NCBI GenBank assembly: GCA_041661605.1 | Contig: JBAZUE010000001.1 | Span: 734,928 to 798,927 of the forward strand | DNA from: Candidatus Omnitrophota bacterium | GTDB taxonomy: Bacteria > Omnitrophota > Gorgyraeia > Gygaellales > Profunditerraquicolaceae | DNA: 64,000 nt | Reading direction: 5' to 3' | In this document: piece by piece, positions 46,156-54,142 of the stretch | Layout: every line of letters begins with the position of its first letter | Numbering within the stretch: position 1 is the first letter of the stretch | Notes under the pieces: model-generated | The model's database searches: none | What the model was told of the DNA's origin: nothing | The model's input: the letters and a program-made list of their open reading frames with translations, nothing else | Position numbers and translations under genes: made by a program

Positions 46156-47194
46156 GAGCTATTCTGGCGCTATAACTAGCATAAGCTTTTTTGATATCGC
46201 CTAAGGAATCCGATCCGAATTTCTCAAGGAATGCTTCCGCCAGGACAAGGGCGCATGATGATTCAGCCACTACACCGGCAGATTCCACCACGCATACATC
46301 CGAACGCTCAACCGCGGCCTTAGCGGGTTTCTTGGTAAGAATATTTACCGAATCCAACGGATTCATCAATGTTGCGATCGGTTTCATACAGGCGCGCAGG
46401 AGAATCTCCTGGCCGTTAGATACCCCGCCTTCGATGCCGCCGGCATTATTAGTCCGTCTGGAATACCCGGTGTTCTTATTATAGTAAATCGCGTCGTGCA
46501 CCTCCGAACCGAAACTAACCGCATACCCTAAACCCAGCCCAACCTCAAAAGATTTTATTCCCGGGATAGAAATGACCGCCGCAGCCAGGCGGCTGTCCAG
46601 CCTGCGGTCAGCCTGTACATAACTACCCAGGCCGACGGGTACTTTCTTGGCAGAAATCTCAAAAACCCCTCCTACCGTATCCTTATTCCTAATCGCTTCG
46701 GTTATTTTTGCGGTTATCCCCTTGGCGGTAATTTCTCCGCCTACCGACAAAACCCTGCTTGTAATAGTTATGCCGAATTCATCCAGGAATTCTTTACACA
46801 ATGCGCCTAAACCAACGGTAGCTGCCGTACTGCGCGCAGAAGCCCGTTCCAATACCTCTCTTATATCTGTAAAACCATATTTCAACAACCCGGCTAAATC
46901 CGCATGGCCTGGCCTGGCAGCCATAACCTTATGCAGTTTTTCAATGCTGGTGTCTTTATTCTTTATCAACAAAGTAATCGGGCTGCCAAGAGTAAGATTA
47001 TTCTTCAGGCCGGAGGTTATTTCAACCCGGTCATTTTCTATTTGCATACGCCTGCCCCGGCCAAAGCCGGACTGCCTGCGCTTTAACTCCTTGTTCAGCC
47101 TGTTTACGTCCACCTTAAGTCCGGCGGGAAAACCCTCCAGGATAGCCACAATTGCTTTTCCGTGCGATTCACCTGCGGTTAAATATCTTAACAT
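46148..47194 (-). CDS. aroC: chorismate synthase
   Basis: MLRYLTAGESHGKA N-terminus, GRGRRMQIE, RPGHADL, and NNAGGIEGGVSNGQ blocks. Confidence 0.94.
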   Translation of the reverse strand: MLRYLTAGESHGKAIVAILEGFPAGLKVDVNRLNKELKRRQSGFGRGRRMQIENDRVEITSGLKNNLTLGSPITLLIKNKDTSIEKLHKVMAARPGHADLAGLLKYGFTDIREVLERASARSTAATVGLGALCKEFLDEFGITITSRVLSVGGEITAKGITAKITEAIRNKDTVGGVFEISAKKVPVGLGSYVQADRRLDSRLAAAVISIPGIKSFEVGLGLGYAVSFGSEVHDAIYYNKNTGYSRRTNNAGGIEGGVSNGQEILLRACMKPIATLMNPLDSVNILTKKPAKAAVERSDVCVVESAGVVAESSCALVLAEAFLEKFGSDSLGDIKKAYASYSARIAHA

Positions 47195-47203
47195 ATATTC
47201 CTC

Positions 47204-47788
47204 CTATTGCCCCCAAAGCCCGCGTTTATTTTTGCGGGCCTGCTGGTATAAACTCGAAAATAAATCCGCGTATTTTACATTCGGCGGATAGGTCATCAAC
47301 GAAGCATAGCCCTCCTCGACAATTAAAGCATTCAAAAACCTTCCGTCGGCAAGATAAACATAAGCCAGGATTCTTTTGTATTTGTCATATCTTTCCTTAT
47401 CAAACTCCAGCCTTACGCGCTTGCCCTGCGCCAGTTTCCTGGTAAATTCATAAGACTGCCTGCCAAGCTTTTTAATTTCCCAAACACTCTGCTTGGAACG
47501 CTGGGCATCACGATGAAGCTTAGCTGATTCATGCATCTCCGGAGTATCGATACCTATTAAACGCAGGTATTTTCCGTTTTCCAATTTCAATGTATCGCCA
47601 TCGACAACTCTGGTTACCAGGATATTGTTATAATCGCTGTTGTTTTCAGCAGAGACAAACCGGCCCGATCCTTCTCCAAGATTAGAACGCAGCCATGAGC
47701 TGCCGCTAAAAAAATACCCTGTTAAAGCCAATAACCCCAGGAGCGAGGAATAAATTAATTTTTTCTGAAGGGTCATAGTTTTTCTCAT
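47204..47788 (-). CDS. secreted/membrane-anchored thermonuclease (staphylococcal nuclease homologue)
   Basis: N-terminal hydrophobic anchor, VVDGDTLKL...LRLIGIDTPE Ca-site motif, and the ARKNKRGLW C-terminus. Confidence 0.8.
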   Translation of the reverse strand: MRKTMTLQKKLIYSSLLGLLALTGYFFSGSSWLRSNLGEGSGRFVSAENNSDYNNILVTRVVDGDTLKLENGKYLRLIGIDTPEMHESAKLHRDAQRSKQSVWEIKKLGRQSYEFTRKLAQGKRVRLEFDKERYDKYKRILAYVYLADGRFLNALIVEEGYASLMTYPPNVKYADLFSSLYQQARKNKRGLWGQ

Positions 47789-48342
47789 AGCTGGGAAGCG
47801 ACAATCTGGGCTAATACCACAATATCCTCGGTACAGAAAATATTCTTTATACTTGAGTCAAAATATATATTTGCGTCAGGGGCAAACTCCGCGTCCTGCT
47901 TCCAGAATTTTACCAGCACCGGTACGCCTGCGAATGCCTCTATAACCAGACTGACATCTGCGCCGTCTGAAAGATGCCCCGGAATCCTGGCTGTAATATC
48001 TTTCAAAGCATCAGGATTCCTGCCATATTTACGGATTAGCGGCTCAATAGAACGCCTGCGAAACGCCTCATAATAACCTTCAATCCCGGAAAACTCCCTG
48101 AAGGTAAGCCACTGGCCGCTTGGCGCAGGCAGGCCATTTAATTCTTTCGCCAAATAATGCAAGAGCAAAATACTTATAAATTCTTTTGCCTGGACATTGC
48201 AGGAAGAGGAAATAATCCTCCTTTGCCCGATGTCCACAGTATATTCATCAGCCAGAAACTTAACTAATAAATTCTTGGCATGATTAGGGTTAAGATTAAA
48301 TAAATCCTCCCACGCCTTATTAAGCGCAACCTCATAGCCCAT
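47785..48342 (-). CDS. DUF3786-like protein, function unknown
   Basis: 185 aa. The pattern F.ADEYTVD...W.TFREFSGIEGYY.AF...GD...F..VPV.VKFW..D.EF...ANIYFDSS....TEDIVVL recalls DUF3786, from memory only. ATGA overlap with the nuclease gene. Confidence 0.45.
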   Translation of the reverse strand: MGYEVALNKAWEDLFNLNPNHAKNLLVKFLADEYTVDIGQRRIISSSCNVQAKEFISILLLHYLAKELNGLPAPSGQWLTFREFSGIEGYYEAFRRRSIEPLIRKYGRNPDALKDITARIPGHLSDGADVSLVIEAFAGVPVLVKFWKQDAEFAPDANIYFDSSIKNIFCTEDIVVLAQIVASQL

Positions 48343-48480
48343 ATTTTTATTATATTATTAATATTGGATAAATCAATGATTTTGCGCGGGCAAGGGCTTC
48401 GTCTTGGCAGTCACCCGCTATAAATATACTATACAAAATTTATAAATTTTGCTTAAGGGGAATTTTAGAAGATTATTGTA

Positions 48481-48508
48481 TTGCGGTTGCGGTATTTTAG
48501 CTTATAAT
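48481..48508 (+). promoter_or_regulatory. sigma70-like promoter positioned for a leaderless helicase transcript
   Basis: TTGCGG (48481-48486), 16-nt spacer, consensus TATAAT (48503-48508). Only 7 nt (AGAAATC, no SD) separate the -10 element from ATG 48516. Confidence 0.45.
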
Positions 48509-48515
48509 AGAAATC

Positions 48516-50405
48516 ATGATTTACGACAGGTTCCAGCAGGAAGCCATTGACCACATCAATAACGGCCACTCGGTAATCGTTTCAGCTCCCACCGGCGCGG
48601 GGAAAACCGCTATTGCCGAACATATCATCTCTTCCTGCGTTGCAACTGATAAATGCCCGTCAGGCGTAATCTACACCGCGCCCATCAAAGCCCTCTCCAA
48701 CCAAAAGTTCCGTGACTTTCAGGGACAATTCCAGGATAATATCGGAATTCTTACCGGGGACGTTTCCATCAATCCTCAGGCGCCGGTATTGATCATGACC
48801 ACTGAAATCTTCCGCAACAAGATATTGGATGAACCGGACAGCCTTAACAAATACTCCTGGGTCATCTTTGATGAAATCCATTACATTGATAATCCTGAGC
48901 GCGGCACAGTCTGGGAGGAATCCCTGATCTTCCTGCCCAAACATATGAACCTGCTAGGTTTATCCGCGACAATCCCCAATATCCAGCAATTCGCCTCCTG
49001 GATTGAATCTATCCATAATAAAACCATTAAAGTAGTCATTGAGGAAAACCGGCCGGTGCCTTTGCATTTTCTCTTCCAGTGCCAGAATGAAGTCGTGGAT
49101 AAAATTGAGCGCCTTAAACGGCTTCGCTCAAGTAAACCTAACAGGCTCAATTCCCTGATTGATTATCTGCGCGCAAACGACGGATTACCGGCGATATATT
49201 TTGTCTTTAGCCGTAAACGCGCGGAGGAATTAGCCCAGGATTTATACGGATTTAAATTTTTAGACGCCAAGGAAAGCCGCGCCATCACCCAGATGTATGA
49301 AGATTTATTGGAGCGTTTTAATTTAAAACATGAACAATCGGCGCAGCTGCTTTACCCCTTGGTGCAGCGCGGCATTGCTTATCATCACGCCGGAATGCTG
49401 CCTACGCTAAAAGAGGTAATTGAAAGGCTTTTTACCAGCCGCCTGCTTAAAGTTATTTTTACTACCGAAACCTTTGCATTAGGAATAAACATGCCCAGCC
49501 GTTCAGTAATGTTTGACGGCCTGCGTAAATTTTACGGCACATACGTGCGTAATCTAAAAACGCGCGATTTTTATCAAATGGCAGGCCGCGCCGGAAGGCG
49601 CGGTATAGACAAAGAGGGGTTTGTTTATACGCGGATTAACCCGCAGAGGATAAACTTTGAGGAGGTCTCAAGAATAATCTTCGGCAAACCCGAAGAGGTA
49701 AAAAGCCAGTTCAACACATCTTATGCCACTATCCTTAACCTCTATGAAAAATACCAGGAGGAACTGTTTAAAATCTACCCCCTCTCCCTGCATTATTATC
49801 AGTCGCGTAAAAATGAACAGAAACAGGCCTTAAACCTGCTGGACGCAAAACTAAGGCTGCTTAAGGAATTAGGCTGCATCCACGAAGGCAAGCTCACGGA
49901 AAAAGGCAAGTTTGCCAAGACTGTTTACGGTTATGAGTTGGTCCTGGCGGAGTTATATGACCAAAATATCCTTGAACAATTAGATGAGTTTGAATTAGGA
50001 GTTGTGGCTTCAGCGGTTGTCTTTGAGCCGCGTAAAAACCAGCGCATGCCCTCAAGCATCTCTAAATCTGCCCGCACACTTAAACGCACCTGCGAAGAAA
50101 CTTACGACAGGATAAAAGATAAAGAACGCCGTTATAAAATTTACCCCTTCAGCAAGCTGCCATATTTTCATTTATGCTCAAGTATGGAAGCCTGGCTGCG
50201 CGGGACAAACTTTGACAAGACTTTGCAGATGACTGATTGCGATGAAGGAGAGGTAGTGCGTTATTTCAGGATGAGCGTGCAGGTCTTAAGGGAGATCTCA
50301 CAGGCACCGATTGCTTCTTACCTGCTTAAAGACAAGATCAAAGAAACTATCCGCGTAATTAACCGCGATATTGTTGACGCCGAAAAACAACTCCGCGAAG
50401 GCTAA
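48516..50405 (+). CDS. Ski2-like DExH-box RNA helicase (HelY/Mtr4-like) with a DSHCT-type C-terminal domain
   Basis: FQQEAIDHINNGHSVIVSAPTGAGKT (motif I), DEIHY (DExH), GLSATIPN, HHAGMLP, FTTETFALGINMPSRSV, QMAGRAGRRGID (motif VI), and C-terminal MEAWLRGTNFDKTLQMTDCDEGEVVRYFRM. This is the only plus-strand gene. Confidence 0.85.
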   Translation: MIYDRFQQEAIDHINNGHSVIVSAPTGAGKTAIAEHIISSCVATDKCPSGVIYTAPIKALSNQKFRDFQGQFQDNIGILTGDVSINPQAPVLIMTTEIFRNKILDEPDSLNKYSWVIFDEIHYIDNPERGTVWEESLIFLPKHMNLLGLSATIPNIQQFASWIESIHNKTIKVVIEENRPVPLHFLFQCQNEVVDKIERLKRLRSSKPNRLNSLIDYLRANDGLPAIYFVFSRKRAEELAQDLYGFKFLDAKESRAITQMYEDLLERFNLKHEQSAQLLYPLVQRGIAYHHAGMLPTLKEVIERLFTSRLLKVIFTTETFALGINMPSRSVMFDGLRKFYGTYVRNLKTRDFYQMAGRAGRRGIDKEGFVYTRINPQRINFEEVSRIIFGKPEEVKSQFNTSYATILNLYEKYQEELFKIYPLSLHYYQSRKNEQKQALNLLDAKLRLLKELGCIHEGKLTEKGKFAKTVYGYELVLAELYDQNILEQLDEFELGVVASAVVFEPRKNQRMPSSISKSARTLKRTCEETYDRIKDKERRYKIYPFSKLPYFHLCSSMEAWLRGTNFDKTLQMTDCDEGEVVRYFRMSVQVLREISQAPIASYLLKDKIKETIRVINRDIVDAEKQLREG

Positions 50406-50409
50406 AAGC

Positions 50410-50445
50410 AGGGACGTTTCTCAACCCAATCGGAGAACTGTCCCT
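50410..50445. terminator. bidirectional terminator hairpin between convergent genes
   Basis: AGGGAC-G-TTCTC...GAGAA-CT-GTCCCT interrupted stem (6+5 bp), flanked by A-run 50404-50407 on one side and ATTTCATTTT on the other. Overlaps the TAG of the Macro-Nudix gene. Confidence 0.5.
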
Positions 50446-51394
50446 ATTTCATTTTGAGGTAATCCTGGAGGATATCTTTATGGTCAAAAGCAAAATCGAG
50501 TTTCTTTATTTCAGCCGGCTTGATAATCTTTAAACCAGCGGCATCATCTCCTGCCTTGGGCCTGCCCTTTGCTTTAGCGATAAAAACCGTCCCGATAGTA
50601 TGGAACCTCGGGTCGCGCTCTGGATTTGAATAAGTGTGGAGCTGTTTTATCTCGGTTAAATCTAAATTCGTCTCTTCTTTTGCCTCTCTTTTTACCGCGT
50701 CCTCAAGGCTTTCTCCATAATCCACAAATCCACCGGGGAGAGCCCAGCCAAAAGGCGGGTTGCTCCGCTGAATAATCACTATTCCTTCAGGTAATTCAAT
50801 AATCGCATCCACCGTAACATATGGTCCGCCGGATAACTTTGTAGTCACGTATTCCAGGTAACCTAAGACGCCTTTATTAAAAACCGTAAACGCATCCTGG
50901 TCATAGAGGCAGAAAATAATCTCTTTTAAAACAGTATCTTCCTCGCGCAAGAGTTTTAATACTTCCTGTGCCATAATCTTTGCGGAAGCCAAAAGCGGAA
51001 AACCTCCCGTGCCGCATCCTAAAGCCGGAAAGACAATAGAATTAATCTTCAACTCCACAGCCAGCTTTAGGGAATTCCTGCAGGCATCACGAATCATTAT
51101 TTCATCAGTCTTAAAATCCATGCCCATAGTCGCAGCATGGATCACATATTTGGCCGCCAACTCTCCGGCGGAAGTAGCAACCGCTTCTCCAATTTTTATC
51201 GGGCCCTTCTTAAGCGCCTCCTGCTCAATAATTTTACCACCCTTTTTCTTGATTACCCCGGCTACCCCTCCACCCATAACCAGCTTATTATTAGCGGCAT
51301 TCACAATAGCATCCGCCCTTACCTCCGTAATATCCCCCAGGACAACCTTAATTTCCGTATTTTTTATAATCACAACTTCCTCCTGCATTGGCAA
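50444..51394 (-). CDS. Macro domain - Nudix hydrolase fusion (ADP-ribose processing)
   Basis: N-half Macro: [42 protein letters not shown]-half Nudix box: [24 protein letters not shown]. Confidence 0.8.
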   Translation of the reverse strand: MPMQEEVVIIKNTEIKVVLGDITEVRADAIVNAANNKLVMGGGVAGVIKKKGGKIIEQEALKKGPIKIGEAVATSAGELAAKYVIHAATMGMDFKTDEIMIRDACRNSLKLAVELKINSIVFPALGCGTGGFPLLASAKIMAQEVLKLLREEDTVLKEIIFCLYDQDAFTVFNKGVLGYLEYVTTKLSGGPYVTVDAIIELPEGIVIIQRSNPPFGWALPGGFVDYGESLEDAVKREAKEETNLDLTEIKQLHTYSNPERDPRFHTIGTVFIAKAKGRPKAGDDAAGLKIIKPAEIKKLDFAFDHKDILQDYLKMK

Positions 51395-51417
51395 AAAACT
51401 ACCTAAGCCACAACCCG

Positions 51418-51834
51418 TTATTCACCTATTATCTTAATTAATACCCGCTTCTTCCGCTGCCCGTCAAATTCCCCGTAAAAGATCTGCTCCCAGGGCCCGA
51501 AATCCAGCTTCCCCTTGGTTATTGCCACCACTACTTCCCTTCCCATGATCGTGCGTTTTAAATGCGCATCCCCGTTATCTTCTCCGGTTAGATTATGCTG
51601 ATATTTATCTTTCCCAAACGGAGCCAGCTTCTCAAGCCAGATGGAGAAATCTTTATGCAGCCCGCTTTCGTCATCATTGATAAAAACACTGGCAGTAATA
51701 TGCATGGGGTTAACCAGGCATAGCCCCTCCTTGATGCCGCTTTTACGCAAAGCTTCCTCTACCTGGTCCGTAATATTGATAAACTCCTGTTTCTTCTCCG
51801 TATTTAAATAAAGGTAATCTGTGTAAGTTTTCAT
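51418..51834 (-). CDS. yjbQ: YjbQ/UPF0047 family protein (secondary thiamine-phosphate synthase-like)
   Basis: 138 aa. [34 protein letters not shown] and [15 protein letters not shown] blocks match the family pattern. Confidence 0.75.
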   Translation of the reverse strand: MKTYTDYLYLNTEKKQEFINITDQVEEALRKSGIKEGLCLVNPMHITASVFINDDESGLHKDFSIWLEKLAPFGKDKYQHNLTGEDNGDAHLKRTIMGREVVVAITKGKLDFGPWEQIFYGEFDGQRKKRVLIKIIGE

Positions 51835-52542
51835 TTACAATTTCTCCAATATTAATTTGTCGTTTTTCTGGTCAATTTTAAAATTAAATTTTTTCAAGAA
51901 AGACATGCCCAGCAGCCCGTCTTCGGGGATAGAAGCGCTTTCCTTTTCAGGCAAAATCGCCGCTTCTATATTTTTGACTTCGGAATCCTGTACGCTAACA
52001 GTATCTAAAATTACCATCTTTGCCTTTATCCTGCGGCCATCGGCCACTATCAACTCTACCGGAGTAGCGCTATTGGCATCAGTATTTATGCCTAAATTAC
52101 CGGCTATTTTATTTGACAATAATATTAAAGAAGCTCCTGTATCCAAAATGAGGTTAGCCTTGACCTTCTTATTCAGAGTAGTCGTCACCATAACATGTCC
52201 GCTTTGCTTATCCACGTTTACTTGTTTAGGCTCATACTCCCTTAGTAACTCCGCTTCTTTTGCCCTTTCCTGCGCTTTGATCTTTTCATCAGCCCATTGT
52301 TGCCTGATCAGTTCAGCCTCCCCGGGAGAAGACCTGTCAATATGGTCTATCTGCTTCTTGGAGAATTTCATTGAACCAAAACTAATCTCCAGGTCAACAT
52401 TGTCCGCATCTTCTTTCTTAACCAACCCCTCAATGCTGCGGCCATTCTTTAAATAAAGGGTGTCTGCGACTGCCTGGTTTTTGAAACCAAATAAATTTAA
52501 AAATAGCAGTGTCAAAAGAATAATTTTGTTAAAAGGTTTCAT
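51835..52542 (-). CDS. secreted retropepsin-like (clan AA) aspartic protease
   Basis: Signal peptide, LILDTGASLILLS (DTG active site), and GLLGMSFLKKF flap/C-terminal motif typical of bacterial single-domain retropepsin-like proteases. Confidence 0.7.
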   Translation of the reverse strand: MKPFNKIILLTLLFLNLFGFKNQAVADTLYLKNGRSIEGLVKKEDADNVDLEISFGSMKFSKKQIDHIDRSSPGEAELIRQQWADEKIKAQERAKEAELLREYEPKQVNVDKQSGHVMVTTTLNKKVKANLILDTGASLILLSNKIAGNLGINTDANSATPVELIVADGRRIKAKMVILDTVSVQDSEVKNIEAAILPEKESASIPEDGLLGMSFLKKFNFKIDQKNDKLILEKL

Positions 52543-52555
52543 TTTTTTACCTAAG

Positions 52556-53209
52556 TTAACGCGATTTATCTACACCTATTCTTTTACAAAACCCGTAAAC
52601 ATTGCATTTGCTGCAAAACGGCGAAACCGGAAGACATATATTCTGGCCGAAGGTCACCAGGATAGTATTTAACTCGATCCATTCCCCCCTGGGAATAATT
52701 TCCTGCAGGGCAAACTCTGTTTCTTCAGGACTGCTCGTTTTTACCCACCCCAGCCGGTTTGAGATCCTGTGCACATGCGTATCTACGCAGATAGCGGGGA
52801 TACCAAATCCCAAACCTAAAACCAGGTTAGCTGTCTTTCTGCCTACTCCCTTTAATCCTAAAAGCTCATTTAGCGTATCCGGGACTTTACCGGAGAAGTC
52901 TTCCAATAACTTTTTACTTAAATCCAATATTATCTTGCTTTTGTTGCGGTAAAACCCCACCGGATAGATTAATTTCTGAATCCTTCCGGCAGTTAATTTT
53001 ATCATACTTTCAGGCTTATCCGCAATCCTAAACAACCTTTGGCTGGCCTGGATTGTAGTCCTGTCTTTTGTACGCAGAGAAAGCAGGCAGGAAATTAGAA
53101 CACGATAAGGGTCTTTGCTCTTAGAAAACTGGGTAACCGAAGGGACAACAAAACTCCTGATCCGGGCTTTAATAAATTTAAAAGTCTTTAATATTCTACT
53201 GGCGCTCAT
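52556..53209 (-). CDS. nth: endonuclease III
   Basis: SLRTKD, Hh[33 protein letters not shown], and the 4Fe-4S cluster [17 protein letters not shown]. Confidence 0.9.
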   Translation of the reverse strand: MSASRILKTFKFIKARIRSFVVPSVTQFSKSKDPYRVLISCLLSLRTKDRTTIQASQRLFRIADKPESMIKLTAGRIQKLIYPVGFYRNKSKIILDLSKKLLEDFSGKVPDTLNELLGLKGVGRKTANLVLGLGFGIPAICVDTHVHRISNRLGWVKTSSPEETEFALQEIIPRGEWIELNTILVTFGQNICLPVSPFCSKCNVYGFCKRIGVDKSR

Positions 53210-54132
53210 ACCGATATATCCAGTCGCAATTCAGTATATAAACCGTTTTTAATGCCTACCTTGCCCAAATTTTCATCCCTGTATTTAATAGAACGATTGA
53301 AGATGTAGCCTGCGGAAACTGATGTTTGGATATATTTATTCACTTGATATTTAAACCCCGTGCCTAAATGCGTTTCATTATATTCAAGCACCACATTTTT
53401 AAGGTTGTCTTTACCCACCTCAAACTCATCCGCTGACATTTCCGCCTCAAGCAGCAGAGTCAACTTGTCATTTACAGCATAAGTGATTTCCGGCCTGCTG
53501 GGGACAATATTAAAAGTAAGTCTGTCATCAGGCTTGTAGATAAAACCCAGGATCGGCTCGACCACATTTTCAAAATCCGGAAATACGCCTACCCCGCAGA
53601 TAAAAATCCATTTTTTATCCGGCTGATAAATGAAAAAGTAGCGCTGCGGTATGCGAAAGGAGGAAGAATTAAAATTCCAATTATCAGTGTAAAACGACGG
53701 CGCAAGCCCTATGGTAAAATAAGTTTTATCAAAAAATAACGGCAGGGTAGTTTCAGCGCCGACAGATAATTGGGTTAAGCGCGAAGGCAGCTTTACCCCG
53801 GTTGTATTATGTATCCCTATGTACCTTGAGCCGATTGCCAACTCTACCGGTAATTTTCCAAAAGCCTTGAAGTCGTAACTAAACTCGGAAGCTGAATCAG
53901 TAACTGCCACTTTACCCTGCTGGGAACGAGCCCCCCGGGAAGGCATATAGCGCACATAACTGTCCAGCTCATAAGGAGGCTCTTTCTCTTTTTCTTCTAT
54001 AACATGCCCAAGCTTCTGGTGGTAGTCGGCATTTTCTGGAGCTGCGGATTCTTCTGCATACGCCTCCTGCCAATAAGGCCGGAGGAACAAGCCGATAAAT
54101 AACGCAAACAATGCCAACTTACATTTTCTCAT
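53206..54132 (-). CDS. putative outer-membrane beta-barrel protein
   Basis: Signal peptide ending AYA-EE. The remainder has alternating hydrophobic beta-strand periodicity with aromatic girdles and ends in [11 protein letters not shown]. No family recognised. Confidence 0.45.
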   Translation of the reverse strand: MRKCKLALFALFIGLFLRPYWQEAYAEESAAPENADYHQKLGHVIEEKEKEPPYELDSYVRYMPSRGARSQQGKVAVTDSASEFSYDFKAFGKLPVELAIGSRYIGIHNTTGVKLPSRLTQLSVGAETTLPLFFDKTYFTIGLAPSFYTDNWNFNSSSFRIPQRYFFIYQPDKKWIFICGVGVFPDFENVVEPILGFIYKPDDRLTFNIVPSRPEITYAVNDKLTLLLEAEMSADEFEVGKDNLKNVVLEYNETHLGTGFKYQVNKYIQTSVSAGYIFNRSIKYRDENLGKVGIKNGLYTELRLDISV

Positions 54133-54142
54133 TTATATCTGG

